Shown in pieces: positions 46,507-54,867 of a stretch of 64,000 bases of DNA. The notes beneath the pieces are model-generated. The model saw only the letters and a list, made by a program, of their open reading frames with translations, was not told where the DNA came from and did no database searches. Source of the stretch: Sphingobacterium sp. (lineage in GTDB: Bacteria > Bacteroidota > Bacteroidia > Sphingobacteriales > Sphingobacteriaceae); contig JAIRVH010000206.1 of NCBI GenBank assembly GCA_031253985.1, forward strand, positions 40,079 through 104,078, written 5' to 3'. How positions within the stretch are numbered: position 1 is the stretch's first letter; every line of letters starts with the position of its first letter. The translations under genes were made by a program, and so were the position numbers.

Positions 46507-49500
46507 TTAACGATTGTATAATTTTGTGTAGTCAATTAATTTTTCCTGAATTTTTGAAGCAAACGCTCCCTTTTGCATGCGCCATAGCCAATTTCCTGCT
46601 GTACTGGCGGGCCTATTCATGCGGCAAGATCCATCAAGATTTAAAATGTCTTGCATCGGCACAATGACTGTATCTGCGACAGAGGAGTACAGTGACCGCA
46701 TAAGGATTTCATTTATATTTCCGCTTTCAAGCATTTGCCCGAAATAGTTATGAAGGTTTTCTATGCTCCATAAATCCAGATCTTGGTTATACCAAGAAAG
46801 CGTGGTATTATTATCATGCGTACCGGTATAAGCAACCAAATTTTGGTTATACTGATGTGGAATGTGGGGTGAGCTTGACATATCATTACCGAAAGCAAAT
46901 TGAAGAACAGCCATACCGGGAAAGTTAAATTGATCACGTAGCTGATATACTTTAGCATCTATATCACCAAGGTCTTCAGCAATAAAAGGCATATTATCTA
47001 AATTTATACTGACCTTCTCAAAGAAATCTGCGCCGGGCCCCTCAGACCATGCCCCATTTTTAGCGGAAGTTTCTTCGATGGGAACTTCCCAATAAGAAGA
47101 AAACGCTCTAAAATGATCAAGCCTCAACTTATCGAATAGTGCACAGTTATGTGATAGCCGCTCAACCCACCATTGGTAGCCATCTTGTTTAAGCGATGCC
47201 CAATTGTAGGTCGGCATGCCCCATAATTGGCCTTCTGCATTGAAGTAGTCGGGTGGTACTCCAGCAACATATTTCATCTCTGCATCTGCTCCAAGTGAGA
47301 AATACTGGGGATTGGCCCACACGTCGGCAGAATCGTAAGCTACATAAAATGGGATATCACCAATAAATCTTACTCCATAATCATGCGCATATTTTCTTAA
47401 GGCATCCCATTGTCTGAAAAACAAGTATTGAAACCACTTTTCTTTTTGCAATTCATGTTTGCATTTCGCTGCGAAATCGTTCAGTGCAGTGCTATCACGC
47501 TGTCTGTAAATCAGCGGCCATTCATACCAAGGACGATTTCTATGTTTATTTTTTAGCACTTTAAAAAGTGCATAATCGTTAAGCCATGAAGATTCCTTGG
47601 CAGCAAATTCAGAAAATTCGCGGAGAGGCTCCGGTGGCAGGCGGTCAAATGCCCTCTCCAAAAGTTTGTATTTCGAGCGGGTTATTTCTGCAAAATCCAG
47701 TATTTTATGATTCTTCCTCTTTAGCGCTTTTAGTTCATTTTTCTCCAGTAAGCCTACTCTTAATAAGTCTTTTAAATCGATAAATAATGGATTTCCAGCC
47801 CTACTACTGAGTGTACTGTAAGGTGAATGGCACTGCGATTCATCGGTAGGTCCCAGCGGAAGGACCTGCCACCAGCTTTGGCCACTATGGTGCAACTGTC
47901 GAACAAAACGACGAGCTTCAGGTCCCAAATCACCTATCCCGCAGGACGACGGCAATGAGCTGATATGCATTAAAATACCTGAACTCCGCTTAGGTAAACG
48001 AGCTTCGTATTTTAAGATCGCGAGCGGTAGATCCCCAAAAATAGCGTTTACCGGAATTTCTGTTCCATCACCTTCTACGTCAGAGAAAATATGCCGCCAG
48101 TTCACGGTGTGGTTTGTGGAAAGATGTACTTTGGTGTCTGACCAGTCAAAAGAGCCGGATACGAATTTCGAGACTTTACCTATTGCCGCAAGATGTAAAG
48201 GAAGAACTACCACCAACCAGTTTTCTCCTGACCGACGCGCGAATGCCAGAATATGTCTACGGTACCGACCACTCACTTTAAGCGGAATATAACTACTCTC
48301 AGAGGAAAGGGCGTTATCATCCCTTCTGAGTTTTATTAATTCCTTTACTAACCATAATTTAATATTCCCATCGTATCTATTTCGCCATAAATATTGACTT
48401 CGCTCCTCTCTGGCTATGTTCTCAATCGCATGTAGGAGATTTATATTTAATTGATAATCTATCGGCCGTCGATTGTCTGGATCAACAAAGCTATAGTTCC
48501 AAAGTTCCGAACCCTGATAAATGTCAGGGACACCGGGACAGGTAAACTTTAAGATTTGCTGTGTAAGGGAATTTAAGATTCCGAAATCGGCAACCACTCC
48601 AATAAACTGATAAAAGCTGGTAAAAAAAGGGCGGTTTTTATCAAGCAGAAACGAGGCGAATTCCTGAACTGAAGTCTCATAGACTAAATCTGGATTCTCC
48701 CAAGTCGATCGTTCTTTTCCTTCGCGGAGATATTTAACCAAGTAATCTAAAAAGCGCTTTTCAAATGCTACATTATCCTGTGCATCTTGTTTTCCCATTG
48801 GATAAGAAGCAACTAGCGACTGATAAATAAAATATTCATCATTCGGGTGCGGAAGATCCTTTCGATATTCATTCCATACGATATCTTGCCAAATCTGAAC
48901 CTGTTTAGTCCATTTTTTGGCCATAGCAGTGAGTACTAAAAGGCGACTGCGTGAATCTTCACCGCGTTTGGTGTCGTGTGTTGAACTTGCATTAATTGAC
49001 AGCGGCCAGTCTCTTTGCCTATCCTGCATCAACCTGTGGAATTTCTTTTTACTAAGACCAGAATTATCCGGGTGATCACCGACTTCATTGTGCCCGATAA
49101 AACTGTTATAGGTATACATCAAAGTATCCTCCACACCCTTCGCCATTACCGGTCCTGTCAATTGCATACAACGTAGAAAAAAATCAGCCAAAGCAGTTCG
49201 GTTTGGCGATTCAGAATTTACCTGCGCTCGTTCAAAAAGGTTCCGAAACTGATCAAGCATTTCTTTGTCCAGTTTTGGCTTTCTATTCAACTTTTCAAAA
49301 AGTGAAGACAAAAGTTCAAAACTGGACGTGGACAAAGGAAAACGGTCATCATAGACTCGGTAAACGGGGAATAGTGCAAGAAAAGATTTCAAAATATCCC
49401 GTATGCTATCATATTTATCTTGACTGTTAACTCCGATAAGAGTTGTCAGTAACCTAGTGAGGTTGTCAAGCTCGCCCTGCATATAAACGCTAAGAATCCT

Positions 49501-50709
49501 GCTCTTTTTTATATATTGTTCTTTTTTAATCGACAGTTTTTCTCCTGTAATTTTCGTATAATACTTATCCAATACTTTCTTTCCTGACTTATAGGAACAA
49601 ACATTATTGCAATCTGACAAAAAATCGTATCCTGTTGTTCCCTGAATAGGCCATTCGAGTGGAAGCTTCTCTCCCCGCTCCAATATTTTTTCAGCAATTA
49701 TATAGACTTTTGGACCGACCGTTTTCCTCAAATTATACAGGTATTCGTTCGGATTATATAGCCCGTCCATATGATCAATCCGCAATCCATCGATCAGCCC
49801 CTCTTTAACGAGTTCTTTTACTAGCTGATGAGACTGCTTGAATACATCTTCGTCCTGAACATTTAAACAAATCAGTTCGTTAACCGTAAAAAAACGCCTA
49901 AAGTTTATCCTTTCATTCGTAAACCACCAAGGACATAGTTCATAATGCTGATGAGCAACCAATTCCTGCAAGCGTTTCGGATCATTATTAAACTGGTCAA
50001 GAATAAGCTTCAATTTCTCATCTGATAGGTCTTTGAAAATGTGAGCACGCAACTGTTTCCATCCTTCAATATCTCCATTGGCCTGAGCCGTATTTACTTG
50101 TACCAAAAGACCATTAAAATCAGGCTGTGTTTCCTTCAAATAATCTTCGAGGATGAAACAATAAGACTCAGGTGAAAGTGGATAATGGTTCTCCTGAAAG
50201 GAAAGGTGAAGAAAGTTGTCCAGAAAAACGAGGTTGATGTCACGGTTTGCTATTGTTTCCTCCAAAGTCCTGCCCAGGATAGGAACCATTAATTTTCCTT
50301 TCTCAAATAGATTAGAGCTATAACAGGTATCAAAAAAACTTCGATACTTGGATGACTCTCCAAATTCGAGCAGGTTCATGAGCCATTTATTTGCGGGATG
50401 AAACGCCATATGGTTGGGAACAATATCCTGCAACCATTTCATCTTGTAGTTGTCCAGTTGTTTCTTAATAGCTCTGAGTTCCTCTAAGGTGCCCAACTCA
50501 CTATTTATCTGATTCATATTGACACCATCGTAACCATGCATACTTCCCGGTGTTGACTGTAGAATAGGCGCAGCATAAATAGTATCGATGCCCAACTCGC
50601 TCAAGTAAGGGATTATTTCTTTGAAATCTGAGAAGTTAAATTCTTTATGAAACTGAATTCTGTAAGTAATATGTGGCTCATTAATGGATAGATTTCTATT
50701 CGTCTGCAT
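46507..50709 (-). CDS. treY: fusion protein: malto-oligosyltrehalose synthase (N-terminal ~900 aa) + 4-alpha-glucanotransferase GH77 (C-terminal ~490 aa)
   Basis: 1400 aa. N-terminus TYRIQFHKEFNFSDFKEIIPYLSELGIDTIYAAPILQSTPGSMHGYDGVN (TreY). From about nt 47985 downwards, SGILMHISSLPSSCGIGDLGPEARRFV...WWQVLPLGPT and DHFRAFSSYWEVP (MalQ). Confidence 0.85.
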   Translation of the reverse strand: MQTNRNLSINEPHITYRIQFHKEFNFSDFKEIIPYLSELGIDTIYAAPILQSTPGSMHGYDGVNMNQINSELGTLEELRAIKKQLDNYKMKWLQDIVPNHMAFHPANKWLMNLLEFGESSKYRSFFDTCYSSNLFEKGKLMVPILGRTLEETIANRDINLVFLDNFLHLSFQENHYPLSPESYCFILEDYLKETQPDFNGLLVQVNTAQANGDIEGWKQLRAHIFKDLSDEKLKLILDQFNNDPKRLQELVAHQHYELCPWWFTNERINFRRFFTVNELICLNVQDEDVFKQSHQLVKELVKEGLIDGLRIDHMDGLYNPNEYLYNLRKTVGPKVYIIAEKILERGEKLPLEWPIQGTTGYDFLSDCNNVCSYKSGKKVLDKYYTKITGEKLSIKKEQYIKKSRILSVYMQGELDNLTRLLTTLIGVNSQDKYDSIRDILKSFLALFPVYRVYDDRFPLSTSSFELLSSLFEKLNRKPKLDKEMLDQFRNLFERAQVNSESPNRTALADFFLRCMQLTGPVMAKGVEDTLMYTYNSFIGHNEVGDHPDNSGLSKKKFHRLMQDRQRDWPLSINASSTHDTKRGEDSRSRLLVLTAMAKKWTKQVQIWQDIVWNEYRKDLPHPNDEYFIYQSLVASYPMGKQDAQDNVAFEKRFLDYLVKYLREGKERSTWENPDLVYETSVQEFASFLLDKNRPFFTSFYQFIGVVADFGILNSLTQQILKFTCPGVPDIYQGSELWNYSFVDPDNRRPIDYQLNINLLHAIENIAREERSQYLWRNRYDGNIKLWLVKELIKLRRDDNALSSESSYIPLKVSGRYRRHILAFARRSGENWLVVVLPLHLAAIGKVSKFVSGSFDWSDTKVHLSTNHTVNWRHIFSDVEGDGTEIPVNAIFGDLPLAILKYEARLPKRSSGILMHISSLPSSCGIGDLGPEARRFVRQLHHSGQSWWQVLPLGPTDESQCHSPYSTLSSRAGNPLFIDLKDLLRVGLLEKNELKALKRKNHKILDFAEITRSKYKLLERAFDRLPPEPLREFSEFAAKESSWLNDYALFKVLKNKHRNRPWYEWPLIYRQRDSTALNDFAAKCKHELQKEKWFQYLFFRQWDALRKYAHDYGVRFIGDIPFYVAYDSADVWANPQYFSLGADAEMKYVAGVPPDYFNAEGQLWGMPTYNWASLKQDGYQWWVERLSHNCALFDKLRLDHFRAFSSYWEVPIEETSAKNGAWSEGPGADFFEKVSINLDNMPFIAEDLGDIDAKVYQLRDQFNFPGMAVLQFAFGNDMSSSPHIPHQYNQNLVAYTGTHDNNTTLSWYNQDLDLWSIENLHNYFGQMLESGNINEILMRSLYSSVADTVIVPMQDILNLDGSCRMNRPASTAGNWLWRMQKGAFASKIQEKLIDYTKLYNR

Positions 50710-50904
50710 GGCTTGTTGGATTTCTTTTAGGTCAGAACGTCAGCCAGCAATTTTAGTTCATTTGACTTTCAAAAAAATATGTGAAAATATGCAGCAGCTC
50801 CTGAAAATAATAAAGCAAAAAAATAATTTAAAATTAAAACGAATCTGTTTGAGCTACGTTCTAACTATACTTCTTCAATAATTGCAGTTTTAAATTATTA
50901 TAAC

Positions 50905-51387
50905 ATGAAAAAAATAGGAATTACGTTTTCTGCTTTTGATCTGCTACACGCGGGTCACATCAAGATGCTCGAAGATGCCAGAGAACAATGCGACTTTCTG
51001 ATCTGCGGTCTGCAAACCGATCCAACACTTGATCGGCCAGAGAAAAACAAGCCAACACAATCTGTATTTGAACGCTATATGCAACTAAAAGCATGTAAAC
51101 ATGTCGACATGATCATCCCCTATGCCACTGAACAAGATTTGGAAGATGTATTGCGTTCTTTCAAAATCCATGTCCGAATCTTAGGTGATGAGTATATGGA
51201 CAAAGCGTTTACGGGTAGGCAATACTGCGAAGAGAAAGGTATACAACTGTATTTCAATAGACGAGAAAATAGATTCTCGAGTTCATCTTTACGAAGAATA
51301 ATTGCATCGAAAGAGAAAAGTAGCAAAGGTGCAGTAGTGAGTATAAATGAAGGGGTTAATTACGCGTTAAAGCGCATAAATGCATAA
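50905..51387 (+). CDS. cytidylyltransferase-like nucleotidyltransferase (TagD/RfaE-domain-II-like), copy 1
   Basis: 160 aa. FSAFDLLHAGHIKML (HxGH) and C-terminal RFSSSSLRRI. Confidence 0.75.
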   Translation: MKKIGITFSAFDLLHAGHIKMLEDAREQCDFLICGLQTDPTLDRPEKNKPTQSVFERYMQLKACKHVDMIIPYATEQDLEDVLRSFKIHVRILGDEYMDKAFTGRQYCEEKGIQLYFNRRENRFSSSSLRRIIASKEKSSKGAVVSINEGVNYALKRINA

Positions 51388-51402
51388 GCTAATAATAAAC
51401 AT

Positions 51403-51861
51403 ATGATTATAGGTATTATTTTCGGCGTATTCGACATGTTACATGTAGGCCACATTGTTGCCTTACAGGAAGCAAAAAGTCAATGTGATTATCTTATTGT
51501 AGGCCTTAAAACCGATTCAAAGATTCAGAATGAAGATGATTATGATACGGCACAAACGATGGTTGAAAGGTTTATCAAGTTGCAGGGCTGCCAATTTGTG
51601 GACGAAATCATTCCGTTTGAATCGGAAGATGACATTACTGATATGCTTCAGTCGTTGCCGGTACACAAGTATTTTATAGGGGAAGAATATAAATCAGTGG
51701 ATTTTTCAGGTAGGGATTATTGTATTGCAGAAGGAGTTGAAATTTGCTATACCAAGAATAAAAACCGCTTTTCAAGTCAATCCCTTCGAAAAATCGTCAG
51801 TGAAAAAGAAATAGAAAAGGGGAAGATACTTTCAGCTCAAGTTTTAAATCCTACTCCGTAA
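51403..51861 (+). CDS. cytidylyltransferase-like nucleotidyltransferase, copy 2 (tandem paralog)
   Basis: 152 aa. FGVFDMLHVGHIVAL and RFSSQSLRKI. Collinear with copy 1. Confidence 0.75.
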   Translation: MIIGIIFGVFDMLHVGHIVALQEAKSQCDYLIVGLKTDSKIQNEDDYDTAQTMVERFIKLQGCQFVDEIIPFESEDDITDMLQSLPVHKYFIGEEYKSVDFSGRDYCIAEGVEICYTKNKNRFSSQSLRKIVSEKEIEKGKILSAQVLNPTP

Positions 51862-51943
51862 ATGCTCTTCAAGGATATCTTTCAAATCAATAAGTGAATG
51901 ATAATGAGCAGCTGCTTTGTAAATAAAAACAATATCATTAGCT

Positions 51944-52360
51944 ATGGAAAGAATCAATATTGGTATTATTACAAATGTAAGAAAGCTGCTTTTTGCATAC
52001 CGCATACTTTTTTCAGCGCATGAACAAAGTCCTGCAGAGGTCGTACTTGAAGCATTTTCGCTAGATTCCATTAGCAGCAATTCACATTTCAATGAAAAAC
52101 CTGAATTGCTGCTACTTGACTATCGTCTCGTATTTAAGAACACCCTACTTTTCTTTTCGCTAATTGACCACTTTTACCCCCATACAGTTATATTATTAAT
52201 TGTTGATCAAGCTCATCTCCAGGAAGCTAAGCGGTGTAAAACTTTTATTCACTCATTTTTATCCCCTAACTTGGACGTTCTCCAGCTTTTCAAACTGATT
52301 AGAAATTTCAGCTTAGTGACGCCCTCTGTTCAATCACATTTACAGACAAATAAGAATTGA
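51944..52360 (+). CDS. stand-alone degenerate receiver-like (pseudo-REC) protein
   Basis: 138 aa with an alternating beta/alpha pattern. ELLLLDYRL keeps the phospho-acceptor-like Asp, but the N-terminal acidic pair (IGIITN), the Thr/Ser (ILLIVD) and the Lys (FLSPN) positions are substituted. Fold call is by eye only. Confidence 0.4.
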   Translation: MERINIGIITNVRKLLFAYRILFSAHEQSPAEVVLEAFSLDSISSNSHFNEKPELLLLDYRLVFKNTLLFFSLIDHFYPHTVILLIVDQAHLQEAKRCKTFIHSFLSPNLDVLQLFKLIRNFSLVTPSVQSHLQTNKN

Positions 52361-52667
52361 GTTACTCTTATCTCCTGCCGTTTCTCCATGCTTGCGTATA
52401 AATAACCTGTTTTGAATAGCTTGGCGATGTAAATCCTAACAATGAAAATTTTATACGGTTTTAAAATGTTGAAGAATTTAATAATCATCTCGAACATAAA
52501 TTATATCACATTGATAATGAATTGTTTAACATGAAATCAAGTATAAATCACATTTTCCGTAATATTTACTTAAAATCGGCTTTGACTCTTTTTGGGTCTC
52601 TGTTTTAGGCAAAATTTGCACTGTTGTTGTTCTAAAAAAGCTGTATTTATGACATAAAAGAAACAAC

Positions 52668-53162
52668 ATGCAACATATCCAGATAAATTCATTTTTTCAA
52701 GAGAAAAGAAGCTTACTTAAAAATTTCGCTTCTCAATTCACGTCAGACCCAGAGATCAAGAATGACCTTATACAGGACACAATGGTCAACGCGTTAAAAT
52801 CCATAGAGAAGATTATAGATCACCCCAAGGTAGGCTCATGGTTATATGTAATTATGCGCAACATCTATATTAATCAATATAGAAAAACAAAACGGACGGA
52901 GAGTTATCACAATGAATATGCAGCTTTGAACGTTACGGATTCCATTTCAATTAATTCAAGCACGAGCAAGTTTATCCTGGATGATATTCAAAAAGCGTTA
53001 CGCCAGCTTTCGGAAGAAAATTACGAAATTTTCAATATGTTCCTGGAAGGTTATAAATATCACGAAATAGCTGATTATATGCAGATGCCTGAAGGTACAA
53101 TAAAAACACGCATTCATTTCATCCGTAAGACGATGAAAAAACAGTTATCAATTTATCATTGA
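52668..53162 (+). CDS. ECF-type sigma-70 family sigma factor, paralog 2 (orphan)
   Basis: 164 aa. Aligns end to end with the 35603-36103 product (EKRSLL, DLIQDT, SWLYVIM, YINQYRK, EENYEIF, GYKYHEIADYMQMPEGTIKTRIH). Confidence 0.8.
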   Translation: MQHIQINSFFQEKRSLLKNFASQFTSDPEIKNDLIQDTMVNALKSIEKIIDHPKVGSWLYVIMRNIYINQYRKTKRTESYHNEYAALNVTDSISINSSTSKFILDDIQKALRQLSEENYEIFNMFLEGYKYHEIADYMQMPEGTIKTRIHFIRKTMKKQLSIYH

Positions 53163-53243
53163 TATAAAAGAGCAATTTAAACTACAAAAACAATAAATAG
53201 TAAAACTATTCACAAATAGATCTTGTTATTTAAACAACATCAC

Positions 53244-53263
53244 TAAATAAATAAATAAATAAA
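53244..53263 (+). repeat. (TAAA)5 tetranucleotide microsatellite
   Basis: taaataaataaataaataaa ends 4 nt before the ATG at 53268. Confidence 0.9.
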
Positions 53264-53267
53264 TATT

Positions 53268-53738
53268 ATGATTTCGAACAAAACATTACTCGCTTCTTTG
53301 GCGACTGCAGCAATTCTAGTTTCATGTAACAATCAAACACCACAAGAAAAAGCTGCAGAGAAAATGGAACATGCAGAGGAAAAAGCAGCTGACGCGAATG
53401 AGGAGGCCATGAAAACCTCAGAAGACGCCGCTACAAAGGATGCGGAAGCAGTTGTTTATTCAAATAAAGCCGCGGCCAATGCAGCTATAGCTTCAGTGCC
53501 TGCTCCAGTGCTCTCCAATGATAAAGCTAAAGAGCTTTATACAAAATTGGGCAAAACATGGGTAGACCGCATCAACGCAGAGTCTACAGACAAAGCACTG
53601 GATAAGGAAAAATCTTTATTGGACGTTAAAAATGAGATTGAAAAAAATCTTGCGGAAGGAAAAATATCCGCTTCGGATAAAGATAATATCATGAAATATC
53701 AATCTGATTGCTTAGCAGCTATAAAGGCAGCACTGTAG
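53268..53738 (+). CDS. helical Ala/Lys/Glu-rich lipoprotein
   Basis: 156 aa. Lipobox LVSC. Downstream of sigma paralog 2. Confidence 0.6.
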   Translation: MISNKTLLASLATAAILVSCNNQTPQEKAAEKMEHAEEKAADANEEAMKTSEDAATKDAEAVVYSNKAAANAAIASVPAPVLSNDKAKELYTKLGKTWVDRINAESTDKALDKEKSLLDVKNEIEKNLAEGKISASDKDNIMKYQSDCLAAIKAAL

Positions 53739-53764
53739 CACCGTAAGCAACAGGAATCAGTATC

Positions 53765-53817
53765 TAAGAGGATATCTAGCGATTCATTTTCAAATCGCTA
53801 GATATCCTCTTATTTTT
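53765..53817 (+). terminator. strong rho-independent terminator
   Basis: 20-bp perfect stem taagaggatatctagcgatt / aatcgctagatatcctctta, 8-nt loop, T-run. Confidence 0.85.
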
Positions 53818-53960
53818 GTCCCCTATAACACTGTCCGCTGCGTTATGCTATTAATCCATTCGTTAAACTATTTTAACGCGAAAAATGACCACTCCAAGCA
53901 AGTTAATTTGCAGATTTTCGTATTATTACACTTCTTTCTGATTAAAGAAAATTAAAAATT

Positions 53961-54371
53961 ATGAAAACCCATTCGACAAATTATTTTAATACTTTTATTG
54001 AAACCGCTCCTGATACCAAGGTGGTTAAAGGAACTGTTCCGCCACCTAAAGGCAATAAAACTATAGCTGAACGACAATATGAGTTAATTGCCTCAGCGCC
54101 TTATCAGTATACATCTGATGACATTATTTTTCAGGTTTATGCGGAACGGAAAGATCTGATGCCAGATGAATACCCCGCAGCCAGAACAGTGTTTTTCTCA
54201 AGGGGGCAAGCTTGTCTCCGGGCCTCCCCGCTTGCAAAGAACTATGGGTATGGGATTCATAGCAACAGTGAAGGAAAGGTAGCTCTATATGGCATGGAAA
54301 CAGATGAGTATCAAAAATTTGTAAAGGATGATAACACAAAAAAGGTGAAAGCAATGAAATCCTCAAAGTAA
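53961..54371 (+). CDS. DUF6157-like protein
   Basis: 136 aa. An N-terminus of the form HSTNYFNTFIETAPD is what I remember for DUF6157. Confidence 0.45.
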   Translation: MKTHSTNYFNTFIETAPDTKVVKGTVPPPKGNKTIAERQYELIASAPYQYTSDDIIFQVYAERKDLMPDEYPAARTVFFSRGQACLRASPLAKNYGYGIHSNSEGKVALYGMETDEYQKFVKDDNTKKVKAMKSSK

Positions 54372-54399
54372 CGCCTATCAGAGCAGTATCACCCGACTG

Positions 54400-54867
54400 T
54401 CATGTCACATGAGCAATAACTTGATCCAGAAAAGAAATCTGCCGTTCGTTTATTTTTTTTCTGGCCTCTACAAACGTAAACCAACCTCCACGATCTATTT
54501 CAGGATAGGTTTGTATTTTTCCCGATTTCGGCGGCCATTCCATCTCAAACGTATTGCTAACGAGCCTTGCTGGATCTATATCGCTTTCGATTGCCCAGCA
54601 CTTAACTATCTTGCCCCCTTTTTGTAGAATAGGATTTAGCGCAATGAAATTTCCACTGGGAAGATAGCCTGTCTCTTCCATAAATTCCCTTTTGGCCGCA
54701 TCGAGTTCATCTTCATTCGAATCGATTTCTCCTTTAGGGATTGTCCACGAACCTTCGTCTTTACTAGCAAAATAGGGTCCTCCAGGATGTACTAAGAAAA
54801 AATAAATTTCCAAGGCCTGAAATTTATACAATAACAATCCCGCACTTATATTTATCTTCTTAGCCAT
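54400..54867 (-). CDS. NUDIX hydrolase
   Basis: 155 aa. Nudix box GEIDSNEDELDAAKREFMEETG. Confidence 0.85.
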   Translation of the reverse strand: MAKKINISAGLLLYKFQALEIYFFLVHPGGPYFASKDEGSWTIPKGEIDSNEDELDAAKREFMEETGYLPSGNFIALNPILQKGGKIVKCWAIESDIDPARLVSNTFEMEWPPKSGKIQTYPEIDRGGWFTFVEARKKINERQISFLDQVIAHVT

